Assembly (NCBI GenBank): GCA_047967505.1
Contig: CM106538.1
From: Dipteris shenzhenensis
Taxonomy: Eukaryota
Strand: one strand, 5' to 3'
DNA: 64,000 nucleotides
The notes beneath the pieces are model-generated. The model was not told the origin of the DNA and searched no databases. It saw only the letters and a list, made by a program, of their open reading frames with translations. Of the stretch, positions 26,701-40,900 are shown piece after piece. Each line of letters opens with the position of its first letter. Position 1 is the first letter of the stretch. A program made the translations under genes and the position numbers.

Positions 26701-27599
26701 TCTTATTAATCCTTGATTATCAAATAATCAATAGATTTGGCTCAAACAATTTTCTATAGCTATTCCCATCCTCTCTTAATATGTCCCCTAGGTAGAGGAT
26801 GCATTTAGGATAGGAAATAAATTTCTAGCTCTTAATGAATCCTTTATAAATCCATTACCATCCTCTCTCCCCTCATTTGCACCTTCTCTTTTCCACCCAT
26901 CCTAATGCTATTTTTGTTTCTTTGTGGGTGTTTTGTTACATTTACCATTAATCAACTTATTGCCTTTCCCTTCATACCCATTATGCCATACACTATGTGG
27001 TCTTAGCAAGAACTTTCCAAGTTTTCTAACACTAAATTTTTAATTTTCCATTACACAATCCATTATGTATGGTTAAGATCATAATCGGTTCTTCTTTTCA
27101 CGTGAGTCAAAGAAAGCTACCAAGCCTTGTTCCTATACTCCAACGTGCTTCTTTCATGAGGGTCCTTGAAGTACATATTTCAAGGGGGTTAGTTTTACAA
27201 CAACTATTCTCTTTACAAGTTATTAGAGGTTTTAATGTAGCTAGACCTCCCCAATCCAAATGAGAGTTCACGCTTGCCTTGATAGACAATTAACATACTT
27301 TTTTTATTCTAGAGAAGATAATTAACAGACTAAAGTGGTCCCTTTTAAATATATAATCATAGTAATAGCAATAGGCTCATGTTGTTATTACCCCCAACTA
27401 ATACTAAAAATAGGGCCCCCCAATTGGTGAAAACTCCTATTAACTAATTAATTGGTGTGGGGGGAGGGGGGAGTGGTATATGATGGCAAAATATTTAGGG
27501 ATAAGGGGGGGAGGGGAAATAATTAGTCTCACGAGGGGGAGGGGGAGGGGAATTAAAGTGGTAGGGACGTGGTTGGAACCTAGCATTTGAGCTAAGGTA

Positions 27600-28500
27600 G
27601 GAACCTCATGCATGTCTGATCCTCGCAATGCTTCTTTCAGTCCAAGGCTTGGAGCAAAGTGCCCGAGATGTGGGAGATGCTGAGAGTGACGATTTTGAGG
27701 AGAGTATAATGTCTGATAGTAAGGTTTGCTTTGCAAATAATACCTCGAGTATTGCTCTTGGAAAGTGACTCCAGGAGTGAGGCCAAGGTGGAGGGTTCTC
27801 ATCTAGTTCCATCCTATACGGACAAGCTGGTTCAAAGATTGGAAGGTGGTTTCACAAAGCTAGAAGACGATGTTGCAAGAAAGCTTATTTGTGCTGAGGT
27901 CGATAGGCATGTGTGTGAAGCTATGGTTAAAAATGGGGAAGAAACATGCTATTGCATGCAGGCTGGGCCTAGAGACCTTAAGCCGAGAGCTTACCCATTT
28001 GGCCAAAGGAGGATTTTACCTTTTTTTTTTTACTAGTTGCATCCCTACTCTCTGGGAGGGCTGCTCTACAAGGTATCAAGAAGGCTTCTTTCTTCTTAGG
28101 TTTGTGTTGGAGAATATAAAAAATGAGTCTATCGGTAGGTCTTTTATGTTCGTTGGGTCTATTTTTGTTATTTTACCATAGAGCCCCCTCTTTAGCATTG
28201 ACGAATTTTTGTATCACAAATGCCCAATTTTGGTCGATTTCTTAAACCTACCGGTGGTGTTTGGTAGCTCTGTTGAGAGAATTATGTCGGCCTTGGGTCA
28301 GGTTTACTGGTTCCTAAAGCATTGTCCAATCTTAGGAAACGTGGATTTGCTGGGATCGCAGTCAAGAGCCTCTAGACTTTGTTGAAATCAACTTACCAGA
28401 TGGTAGAAATCTTGCTCAGCAGGTTTATTTCGAATGCTTGTTTTATTTGTAAAGCCTCCTCACACTATGCTCACAATCGCCCATGAAGAGCTGCCAACGC
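27600..28500 (+). mobile_element. Probable L1 ORF1 (DUF4283-like) remnant
   Basis: LTHLAKGGFYLFFF and CPILVDFLNLP resemble DUF4283 and P.WV.F..LP motifs. Decayed. Confidence 0.45.
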
Positions 28501-28567
28501 AAGGTTGGCAGTTGATGACAAAGGTGAACACACTTAAGATGCCCTCTCTATCTCTAACCCAAAATTG

Positions 28568-28622
<55 letters not shown>

Positions 28623-28651
28623 AGATACACACACACACCAACACACAAACA

Positions 28652-28732
<81 letters not shown>

Positions 28733-28744
28733 TCACTCACTCAC

Positions 28745-28833
<89 letters not shown>
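28568..28833. repeat. Compound (CT)n/(CA)n/(CACT)n microsatellite
   Basis: Directly visible. Confidence 0.98.
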
Positions 28834-28834
<1 letters not shown>

Positions 28835-31110
28835 ATTAGCTTTTAGGGTGCCTCACAACTTTTGAGCACGCAATAGTTCAGGTTATTATTTGAAAGCTTG
28901 CACTATGAAAATATATTGTGACACAAGGAATAGACAACAAAACGCTCTTTATTAAAATCATAGGACCTTGACTCTATATTCAGCTCATGCCTACAGGCCT
29001 TGCTGATTACAACAAAGAAAACTCAAACACTACTATAGACTAAAGCTCACATAGTGTGATGACTCAAACACAGAGTATGAGCTGCAAGAGCTCGGACAAA
29101 GAGGACACTCCTCTATGCTATGAAGCAATATATCGATGAGAGCTTGCCGCACCATACCACCACCTCTGATCATAGATCTCCAGACCGTCACGTGGAAACC
29201 GCCATGACTCCAGCATGCACTTGCCTACGACCCTAGTCAACCAATCATGGTTGATTGGCTTCCATCAAATGAACTAATCAATAGGCAGCACATTACCCTA
29301 AAGTTCAAGGGCTCCTCCCCATGAAGATCAGAATGCCAACAAACCCCCCTTGAGCTGATGGAAAATAGAAGAGTCAACAAAATTCTTTAGAGAACCATCA
29401 ACTAGACTAGAATGCTTAGAACCGGTAACCAACACCTTAAGAGCAAAAACAACTCAAAATACATGAACACCATAAACACTAAAGAGGAAACTCAAGAACA
29501 AGTGCAAAACCGGTGCACCGAAAGAACATTAAAATGCCTAGTCCTGATCTAAGAATGTTCTAAAGTTCGTGTGATCTTCTAATCCAGAAGCTTCATAAAC
29601 TTTGGCGTTCATATTGTGTGAATTCTGCTCTATTTACTTTCGCTAGCAATGGTCTTCGTCATGTCCAAGCTTGCTACAACGTCCACAAACCTTCGTCTTG
29701 AACTGTTTACCTTTCCTTTTTATTGCATATGCAGTGTCACCGAAGGGTTGCAATAGATCATCTTGCTTCTCTTCACTTAGGAGTAGAGCTACACAATCAA
29801 GATAGTCCGCGCTATCATTAAGTCGTAGAATCCTTTCTGTCTCGCCGTACTTCTATGGTAAAGATTTCAATAGAATAGCCTTTTTATCATCAGCTTCTAC
29901 ACCTGACCCCAAATCATGCAGTTGTCTGAGAAGAGATTGCATCCTATTCAAAAAAGATCCCAAATTATCGTTCTCATTCATTTTTGGATCGAACAACTCT
30001 TGCTTTAGTGTCGCTTTAGAATGCTTCATGTGCATGCCAAAGAGCGTTTCCAGAATTCTCCAATTTTCAGTAGAGCTGATTTCTTTACATCAATATGATG
30101 AAAGTAATCTAGTCCAAGTGCTCGTCCAATCAGCCCAATTGCTTTATCATTCTTATGGCTCCATGGTAGCAAATCTCGTTCAGACTCTGGCTTCGTTTTT
30201 GTATTGCCGACTACACTCCAAAGACCTTTTTGCATTAGATATAGTCGAGTGCCTAGCTGCCAAGATGGAAAATTACAACCTCTGAACTTGGCAAGTGCAC
30301 CATTAGACTTCTCCTTCTTAGCGAAATCCATTTGTCCAAGGTGGATATGACTTGAATGCTCAAAGAGATTCAACTATTGCTCTGAAACAAGCCTTGGCTA
30401 GTGAGTCGATTGATGGACACCTTCTTCTACAATTTTGACTGCGTGAACATCTACAGGAAGGAGGAAAAGATCCGACTGTGTGTTTGAAGAATACTGCCCT
30501 ACAAGATTTTTTTGACATGCAGAAATTTGATGGTCTACACGCTTCTCCCATGTGATCTATTAGACACTGCTCGATACCACTGTTAGCTTTTAGAGCCTCA
30601 CAACTTTCAAGCATGCAATAGTTCACATTATTATTTGAAAGCTTGCACTGTGAAAATATATTGCGACACAACGAATAGACAAAACACTCTTTATTGAAAT
30701 CGACTTAGAGACAAGACCTCGACTCTATATTCAACTCATGCCTACGGCCTTGTTGTTGTGCTGATTACAACAAAGAAAACTTAGACACTACTATGGACTA
30801 AAGCTCACATAGAGCGATGACTCAAACACGGAGTCTGAGCTGCAAGAGCTCGGACAAAGAGGACACTCCTCTATGTTATGAAGCAATATATCGATGAGAG
30901 CTTGCCGCCATACCACCACCTCTGATCAGAGATCTCTAGATCATCACGTGGAAACCGCCACGACTCTAGCATGCACTTGTCTAATGCACTTGTCTACCAC
31001 CCTAGTCAACCAATCACGGTCGATTGGCTTCCATTAAATGAACTAATCAATAGGCACCATGTCACCGTAAAAATCAAGGGCTCCTCTCCATGAAGATCAG
31101 AATGTCAACA
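28834..31110 (-). mobile_element. Gag-only Copia-type LTR retrotransposon (TR-GAG-like), structurally complete and non-autonomous
   Basis: LTRs at 30581-31110 (5') and 28834-29341 (3'). PBS TGGTATCGAGC at 30579-30569, PPT at 29342-29350, flanks TCTCT/TCTCT. The 1.24-kb interior encodes only gag. Confidence 0.9.
29538..30331 (-). pseudogene. Copia gag with CCHC zinc knuckle (frameshift and stops)
   Basis: KFRGCNFPSW...LMQKGLW...KAIGLI, KMNENDNLGSFLNRMQSL...LLKSLP and CGRCSKLGHDEDHC. Confidence 0.85.
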
Positions 31111-31222
31111 TCTCTCCCCCCCCTCTCTCTCTCTCTCATCTCTCTCTCTAACTCTCTCTCTTATCTCTCGCTCTCTCTCCCTCCTCTCCCCCCCCTCTCT
31201 CTCTCTCTCTCTCTCATTCTCG

Positions 31223-31278
<56 letters not shown>

Positions 31279-31293
31279 CTCTCATTCTCGCTC

Positions 31294-31346
<53 letters not shown>

Positions 31347-31383
31347 CTCGCTCTCTCTCTCTCATCTCTCTACTCCCTCTCTC

Positions 31384-31466
<83 letters not shown>

Positions 31467-31656
31467 CTCCCCCCCACTCCCGCTCTCTCTCTCTCACACA
31501 CATACACATCTCCCCCCTGCTCTCTCTCTCTATCTATCTCTCTCTATTTTTTCTCTATATATATGTGTGTGTCCCTGTCGCTCTCTCTCTATTTTTTCTC
31601 TCTCTATATATGTGTGTGTGTGTCCTCCCCTGCTCTCTCTCTCTCTATTTTTTCTC

Positions 31657-31697
<41 letters not shown>

Positions 31698-32518
31698 AGT
31701 ATGAAAAATATATATAGAGAGAGATATAAATAAATAACACACAAAAAAATATGTGTATAAATATGTAAATATGTATATATAATAAATAAATATAGATATA
31801 TATATTACCTCTCTCTCGCTCATCTTTGTTTGTCTCTCTTTTCACGTGTCAGCATCATGTCATCGTGTGAGGGTCCCTCGTGGCAGCATCAGAACACATG
31901 CCATGTTTCCTATCACTCCGTCATGTCGATGAGTGCCATGTGTCTAGTGGCATCTATTGCACATTTGTACTCTGCATCCCCCTCCTCGAGTTTGATGAAT
32001 TGCTCGCAATTCGCAGTCTATCCCACATGTCAATCTAGCCCGAGTCAGACTATTTGTTCAGTGCTGGCACTCTGCAGTCTATCCCGCGTGTCACTCTGGC
32101 CTGTTGGATCAAACTCTTATCTTCCATCGTCGCGACACGTGGCATTTGTAGATTGTTTGCAGCCAGGCCCCCACCTCCTCGAGTCTAGAACGACCCCGAA
32201 GCTGTTCAATTCCTTGCCCAAACCTCTACGCCAAACTTCCCTCCTCTCTTTTTGAGCCTCCACATGAGTGACACATTGGATAGTGCGCCACACCTCTCGT
32301 CTGTCTCACCCTCCTTAAGAAATAGTATATGTATATACATTAGATTCATATATTTATATATACATATATATTTATGTTTATATTATATATAAAAAACATA
32401 ATATATATTATATAATATATCATATAATATCATATACAATATATTAAATACTTTATACTCTCTCTATATATATACTATTATATCTATATTTTATATAATA
32501 TATTTTATATTTTATACT

Positions 32519-32552
<34 letters not shown>

Positions 32553-32886
32553 CGATATCTATATATATATATAAACACACACACACACACACACACATTA
32601 GATTCATATATTTAAATATATTTATATTATCTATAAAATACATAATATATATTATGTAATATATAATATTTTATAAAATATTATATATAATATTTTATTT
32701 ATATAGAATGTATAAGTTTATTTTAGATTTTATATAATATGTAATATTATATATTATATAATATCATATCATATACAATTGATTAAATAATATTTAATAT
32801 GTATTATTTTCTCTCTATATATATAAAATTATATATATATGTTATATAATATACTATTATACAGAATATTTTATATTCTCTCTCTC

Positions 32887-32955
<69 letters not shown>

Positions 32956-32985
32956 CTCCTCTCTCCCTCTCTCCCTCTCTCTCCT
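31111..32985. repeat. Microsatellite and low-complexity block ((CT)n, (CA)n, (TG)n, (TA)n) with an unassigned GC-richer island at 31830-32310
   Basis: Directly visible. Confidence 0.85.
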
Positions 32986-33579
32986 CTGCTGTTGCGATGC
33001 CACATAGTGGCTTCTACCACCTGCACCACGTTCTGTTATCACGTCGCCTTTTGTTGTTGTTGTGCCGTTGTCTGTTGCGATGCCACGTGGTGCCCTCTAC
33101 CACTTGCATGCAGTGAGGTTGGCAGGAGACGCTAGAAGAAGGAGAAGGACGTCGAGTAGTGGTAGAGTGGTAGTGGACTCGCGGAGGAGAAAGCGACGGC
33201 CGTTGAGGTGGCAGGAGGGGGTTGCAGGTGGTGTGCCTATACGGAATAGGTGATGTGCGGAAGAGAGTAGCAGTTGGTGAGGTGGTGGATGGGTTGCAAG
33301 TAACACATACAAGTGTAGTGGGCGACGTGTGGAGAAGGGAGTAGCAGGAGAAGAAGTCAGTGGGCCGACGGGAGATAGAGACAGATGACACACAAAGGAG
33401 GAAGATGCCGAAAGGGAGTGGGGATGGTGGAGTAGTGGTTGGTTGCAGAAAGGAGAGTCATGTGAGAGGCGGTGGGGTGGTAGAGCGAAGCAGTAGCAAC
33501 CTACACAACTGCGAAGAGAGGTAAGGGGAGGTTTTAGAGAGAGAAGAGAAAAAGAAAGATGGGGAGGAGAGTGATTCAA

Positions 33580-33950
33580 ATATTATCGCATGGACTATAC
33601 ACAACCACTCTACATGCAACTCACATGGAAGGGTTGGTCCAAGATTCTTCACCATCTCTACCTGTCACACCTATTTTATACTATCTCTCCCATTGACCTT
33701 GAGTATCTCATTTAATGCATGCATCAAACCACCTAGGCAAAGGAGCAGCACATGGAGATGTCTTTCCACTTCAACCACCTTTTGCATACTATACTATTAT
33801 TGCTATGGACTATGCATACAATGAACCCATTGGTCCTCTTACATGAAAGAGTGGCACATGGACAGGCCTTGCCACCTCAACCTTGGGCTTTTAGTACACA
33901 ATGTTATGTACTTCTAGTGCCACACACACACCTCTGGTCCTGACCCTCCA
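33580..33950 (-). mobile_element. LTR fragment of the same family as 290-1286, in inverted orientation
   Basis: The reverse complement of 33830-33888 matches 383-440 (CCCAAGGTTGAGGTGGCAAGGC...CATGTAAGAGGACC). Outer bounds are approximate. Confidence 0.8.
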
Positions 33951-35085
33951 CTTAGCGTCCTTTTCTCTCCTTGTCATGGAGAAACGTCCTTTTCTCTCCT
34001 TGTCATGGGGAATGAATTTTCAAAAAAAGCATGGATCTCGTGTGAGGCATGAAACGAGAGAAAGGATGGTTAATCACATGCACCTTGTGTTCTAAGAGGC
34101 AAACAATAAGAAATAAAAGAGCACAATACATGGTGGTACCACTTCAAATCAAGGTTTCACATTGTAGGTTAATAATAATAATAATAATAATAACCCAATC
34201 TAGCTCCCATGATTTTTCATCCACGACTTGAGAAGCACTTAGTGTGAGAGAAAATGTGTTCAAAATCCAAAGAGCCAACTAGGGGGTATCTACAATGTGG
34301 CTCGCGAGTCTATTGTCCTTGAAAGCCCGATCAAAGCTAAGTTAGGCCATAACTTAAGATGTATGTGAAGTGAGACGCCTATGTCTACTAAAATTGCAAT
34401 GTCATAAGCATGCTTAGGAAACGTCATAAGCATATGCCTACTTTAGGAAGTGCTAGTGTGTCTCCACCTCCTTCGAAAGATCATTTGCTCACAAGGTGTG
34501 CATGTGCCTCTCCTTGTTTCGATCCTTAATTGGTGGGATGAGACGTGTAGTTTCCCGATGGCAATCCTCAACGCATGTGAGACGTGGCAAGCCATGGATA
34601 GCAATCCCTCGTGCTAGGCAGGCTTGGTGCATGAGACCAGACACAGGGACATGTCATAGACTTCTACATGTTCGACTAGGCAGCTAGCTCCTCCTTGTCC
34701 ACCAACTCACTGTCTCTCAAACAATGTCCTGGGGGGGGGGAGGGGGAGAGTTGCATCGTGTAGATCCTCTGAGGAGAGAAGCATATGTCATGACGATCAG
34801 CTATGTCATGATGCTATAGTGAGAGAAGCATATGTCTAATGTTATGAGCCTCAATTATTGCAATTGTCTACAATTTTGCAATCCAAACTGTCAATTTTTG
34901 GCTTCTTGAAGTTTGCAAAGGCAAGCTACAAGATCACTGCATCTTCCTCCAAAGTGCACAAACCGTGTTGCTCATCTCATCAAGTTTTGTTTTGTTTAGA
35001 GAGCATGATCACTGCATCTTACAAAGCTTCTTGCTCATCATCAAGTTAGATAGATAGATAATTTGCATTTCTGCAAACTCGCAAG

Positions 35086-35342
35086 ATGTCCGTGGAGACT
35101 TTGACAGTCGAGGATCTTCTCCAAGTTGGCCTCTCGTCGCTCGACTCTCAGATCTTCTACAGGCAGCTCCAGGAAGTCCTTGCCGAGGTTGGCCAGTCTC
35201 CTGCTGCTACATGGCGCCTTGTGTCCAAGGAGCTGCTCAATCCTAAGCAGCCACACGCACTTCATCGCCTCGTCTATCATTCGATTTACAACAATTGGAA
35301 CAGCCAGAGCAATGGACCCCCTCTTGCTTGGTTTCCCACCAT
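35086..35342 (+). CDS. AAE18: AAE18-like exon 1
   Basis: ATG...[14 protein letters not shown] donor. Confidence 0.88.
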
Positions 35343-37518
35343 GTGAGTAGCTATTTTCTCCCATCCTGCTCGTCCTTTCCTCTTGATCGATTGAATGGTC
35401 GCGGCTTCCATCAATGGGAATGTTTGGATTGGCGTTGACTTGATGGACATTTCTCTGATCAGGGAACTAGCACGGGAAACGAATCTCGGGCGACTGATGG
35501 AGGCTCGCGGAAAGGAGCTTCTAGGTCCTTCATACTACAATCCGATCGAGAGCTACCCTGCTTTTCAGAAATTTTCCGCGGAACACCCAGACGTGAGTTT
35601 GTACGCGTTGTTGTAGTCTTCGCAGATTTTTCGGTAAGGCGGCCTACTTGGCCTTGCCCAAAAACAGTTATTCCTTAAAGCATTAAAGGAAGATCTACTT
35701 CGAAGTTCGAACGATGCTAAGAATTTGTGATCTCTGCAGGTTTATTGGTCTCTTGTTCTGGACGAGCTCAGCCTCCACTTTGATGTGCCACCCTCGTGCA
35801 TTTTTAGTACTGCTGATAAGTCACGACCAGGCGGGACTTGGCTTCCTGGAGCTGTCTTGAATGCTGCTGAATGCTGTCTCTTGCCGAAACCACGTCAAGG
35901 AAAGACCGACCTTAGCAAGGCCATAATTTCTAGGACCGAAGGTCAAAGCTCTCTAGAGAGTATGACATATGGGGAACTTCGTGCAATTGTAAAGTAAGCC
36001 AGCGTAAAGCCTTCACTTTTCTGCTGAATGCAATTTTGAAGTTTCAAACTTTTGGGGTGCTTCCGTTCCATGTGGAGTGATTCATTCCCTTACTTTCTGG
36101 AGCAGTCGGGTTGCAAACGCACTTGACACAACGGGATTTAAGAAGGGGGCTGCCATCGCTATAGACATGCCTATGAACACCAATAGCATCGTCATTTACC
36201 TCGCAATCGTATTAGCAGGCTATGTCGTCGTATCAATTGCTGACAGTTTTGTTTCTCAAGAGATAGCTACACGGCTGAAAGTCTCAAAGGCAGATGCTAT
36301 TTTCACTCAGGTAAATCTGACAATCTTATCGTAATAATTGTAAACGTTTAATTACAGAATATTCGTCAAGAGTATTCCAGGAATGAGATGACTCTCATTT
36401 TGCACATGTGCGTATGTCCAGGATTACATTTACAGAGCTGGGAAGATCCTCCCTCTGTACAGGTGGAGTTCTGGCCACTAAATCTGTCTTCAAACGAAAA
36501 ACGAAAATGTATTTCTGATTTTCAAAAGTAAAGTGAGACTGACTCTGGAAATCTATTTGGTCTTATGGCAGCCGCATTGTTGAGGCTCAATCCCCACTGG
36601 CCATTGTCTTACCCGCGAACGGCAAGAGCCTAGGGGTAAAGTTAAGGAATGGTGATATGTCATGGGATTGGTTTCTAAGCTCAGCAGGTCATCTGAGCAG
36701 GTATGTTTGTTTGATCATCTCCCTTTATCCAACCTGTGCAGTGGTGTGGTGTGGTGCGGTTTGTGATAAAATTTTACATGTAATTAGTTTCGATCACCAC
36801 AGTTATGCAAGTCAACTATCGTTCCATTGTAACAAGGGCCTCTAAAGTATAAAGGGTTGGTGTTTTTTCCTATGCTCAAGCGAGTGGCAGTTCTAAGGGA
36901 GAGCTGCTCATCACAAGATAGTTTTTTTGTACAACAGTGATGCTGTGCAAGGAATGTGTATTTTGCAGTGTACAGAGGAATGTATACAAGAAATGATGTG
37001 CAAGTCATAGTAGCTAGTCCCTGCTATGTGTGATGGAGTTTAAGGTTTTCAATCTTCTGAGTGTGAGTCATTAGATTGAAACTGCACACTGTGTTGTGTT
37101 TTTAGAGGATGAGTTTGGGCATGTTCCTGGATTCATCTAGATATATGTTCTTGCCATATTAGCAGACATGCAAAGTTCACCTTGTGAAGTTTTGTCATGT
37201 TGTGGCTTGCTGATATTGTGTAAAATTCCTTCTGTCTTAAGTGGTGTGTTGCCCTATCTACTGGGTCGTCTAAGCATGTTTTGCCTAGACTGCTTGTTTG
37301 GAAGAAGCTAAAATCGTATAGTCTTCACAAACAGTGATATCTTGAAGAGAATGTGGACTACTTTTTTATTAGCCTTCTCTGTTAGTGCTCGCCTTTGTCA
37401 AGGCTGAGTTTGTCCTTCATCTCCGGAGTGCTGTCAGAAACTCAGTACGAAGACCGTTGTATAAATAGATGCTCAACTATTTGTGGGAGTTTAAAGTTCC
37501 CTTCTCCCTCGATCTATT

Positions 37519-37549
<31 letters not shown>

Positions 37550-39271
37550 CTGTGTGTGGTGTGTGTGTGTGTGTGTGTTTCTAATAAGAATTGGATTGTG
37601 CGACAACGTTTAAAGTTCCCTTGTCTTCTCTTGCCATCTCTGGAGACAGCACTACCCTCTTCTTTGGGAGGGGATGCCAATGCCATGGACACATATAGCT
37701 GAGATCGCAAACACCAAGAAATGACTCCTAAAGTGAGGTTCATGCTTACGATTATGACCCTTAGGGTCATCTCTTGCTTCAGCACACATGTGCAGTGGAC
37801 ACTGGACATGTGAGGTGATGACAATTGCAGAACCTTTAGGCACCGCTGGCCCTTTTGGGGACATCCGCATAAGGACCAGATTGGGAAAGAGTACCGATGC
37901 TTAGTGCGATGCAAGAAACAACAGTTCCTTGTGTGGAAATCTTAAGTACTCTATACAGACCGAATTTTAAATGAAAGTTAGATGAACGCTTGGAAAGGAG
38001 GTCTGTAATGTCCTACTTCAGGACCTTAGTCGTTGGAAGCCCTACACTGACATACTCTATGATGTCCCCAACCAGTCCATGCCCAACTTGGAGGCATTCC
38101 CTGCCCCACTAGTTTCACACTCTTCACATGGCTCACTATAAAAAAGCCATCATAATGGTAAGGCCAAGATTCATGAGAGTTCTTGACCCATGGTTTATGG
38201 GGATAGAGCTCCAATCTTGTAAACCTCTTTAATGAGGCCTTTTGCGAAGGCTTTCCCATCTCATGGACCACTAACATCATCATTCCAATCCACAAGCCAA
38301 GGTATCCCATGATTGCAAGTATAGGACCATCATGGTTGGCCACCCAAATACTACAAGATTTGGGAGCAATACATTTCCCATTTGCTCATGGATATAGAAG
38401 ATGAGTCAGACCATTGACTCTTCCGACAAGTATGCATACGGCACTCTTTGTACATGAGGTTTATGCTGATGAGGCCCAAGGTTGACGTGGCCCTCAACAG
38501 TAGGAGATCATAGATTCTTCTTCATGGAGAAAGAGCCCACAATGGGACCTCCACCCTATTCTCTAACGGAGAAATGTAGTGGGAGTGTACAAAAACCATG
38601 CACGCACACACAAAAACGCACACATAGAGAGAGAAGCAGGCAGACTTATGAGAGGATAGGGTAGGGAGAAAGAAAGGAAAAAAGGTTTATTAATGTCACC
38701 GAAGGTCAAAAAAGCCTGCAAGACCAAAGAACTGAAATCAACATGATAGTTGTCCATCCCACCTCTCATCTGTCTGTTGTGAGTACTCTGGGCTCTGTTT
38801 AGGCATGATTGGGTTCTGAAACATGTTGGAGATCTGTTGCTGGCGTCCTTGACTTCGCTTGGTAGGGTGTACTTTGGGCTTTGTGATGCTGCCTGACGTC
38901 GAGATGCGGCAATGATGGTACCTCAGACGGGGCGGGTGCTCGCAGGGCCTGTGTTCAGTCTTGTGCTAACTGGCTTGTCTGGAAAGCAGGTCACGGTTTC
39001 GATGTCTCTTGACTGCTTCTTCTGTGAAGAGTGTGTGATCTCCTACTTCTAGGCCAAATCCCACAGCAAGTCTCATGAGTCTAGCCTGAGTCGAGTAACC
39101 TCGTACACGAATAGTGCAGCGCATCTTTGGTCTGGATAATCAATGACTCTCCCCATATCTTTGTATCCATGTATTGGTGGGTGAATAGACAGTGATATTT
39201 CCCTTGGATCTTGTAGTATCTAGGGTCTAGAAAGGGGGATGTGGCAGATTTAGAGAAGCGGGAAAGAATAA

Positions 39272-39315
<44 letters not shown>

Positions 39316-40853
39316 TGACATGATATGATATGACTTTTATTAATTCCACTAGGGACCCAACAGGATCTATGGGACAGATCCAATAATCCACAAGGACTGC
39401 TGATAAAACTCTGAGAATAGCTGTTAAAAGTTCTAGGACTGTCTATGAGATTGGTACTTGTCTGGCTAGCTTGTATGCCATGTCCAAGCTTTTGTGTCAA
39501 TGACCCAAAACCCCCTTCAAAGATGATCCTAGCTGTTTGGCTGGTTGATCAAAAAGGTCTTGTAGGTTGTTGAATGAAATGGCATCAATACTGTGTTTCT
39601 CCCTAATGTGCATAGAAGCTCGACAGCGGAGTGTACGTCACTTTCTACTTCACCTACTAGGCATATCTTGCACATTCTGTCTTCTCGTGGGAGCTTTGGT
39701 TTTTTCCACCTTACCGCTTTCCAATTCTAGATCATGTGAGCTGGTCCTCATTCTGTGTCTCTTTTATCTTCTCTTAGGCAATCTTTTCTCTAATATTTCA
39801 GCATAGGATTGATCTCTTTCCTGTAAAATACCATTCTCGTTCTCCTGGTTCATGCCATAGCTTATCCAGCATTTTCTATGTTTTAATTCTCTAATTCCTC
39901 TCTCTTTGTCAGGAAGATCTGTGGCAGTTATCCTCCAAAACTCCAGCCAATGATTGCCCTTTGTACCAGTCATCATCTTGTGTTGCATCCATAGCTTTGT
40001 GTGGGAGTCTGGTCAAATGACACCTCATGTGTGGATTTCTACAAATTTTCAGCCTTCTTTAACGTCTGATATGTTTGGGACTACACGTCAGAATTCAATT
40101 CTGGCTGGCCATCACTATTCTTATGGTATCTTGGGTCAGAGACTCCCTTGCTAAATTCTATTTTTAGAAGCTTTTGGCTAAATTTAGTAAGTTGTTTGTT
40201 GTCTATGTAATTTGGGTGTTGAAAATTGTCCCAATTTAGCAGTGTTTTCAAAATAGTAAGTTTTTATCCCAAAAAAACCTCCTTTGTCTTTTCAAATTGC
40301 AATAGTCTTCTGCTGACTTAAAGTCCCTCATATATGTCGTAAACATCGTTTATGAAATCATAATATAGTTAGTTTTGTATCCGAAGAGGTCACAAATCAA
40401 TGGATTCATTTGCTCCCTGACTAACAAACTAATTATAATATAATCAGTTTTAATCCCAAGAGGTCATGGATTCATTTGCTCTGGCTAACAAGAAAATTGA
40501 CCGCAGGGACACACATGGCATCCCATCATCAAGTACACTTCCCACAAAGTGCAAGTTTTAGACAGACCACTTTCCTCAAGGTCACTGGATGTTTTCATAT
40601 AGAGACTTGATTTTTTCAGATCCAATTGTCACATGCATTGGTGGGCTAGCTCAAAGTTTCATCGCATAGACTGAGGCTTCAGACAGTCAAGGGACTATCC
40701 CTCTAGACTAGAGAATATGCTTATATGTGACTCGCATAAGATTTAGGCTAAGGACCTTTGATCTTCATGTATCTCTTCTACTATAAGATAAGAGGATGAT
40801 TCCATTCCCTTTTCCAGGAGGGAATTAGCAATCGGCCTTGCTGGATCAGATAC

Positions 40854-40900
<47 letters not shown>

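Noticed and set aside
28434-28865. ORFs rich in HT/SL/CV repeats (also 31090-31704, 32839-33135 and 60555-60915)
   Set aside because: These are translations of dinucleotide microsatellites.
37489-37622. 15-bp direct repeat GTTTAAAGTTCCCTT around a (TG)n tract, as a TSD
   Set aside because: The enclosed ~100 bp is mostly microsatellite, and no element can be defined.
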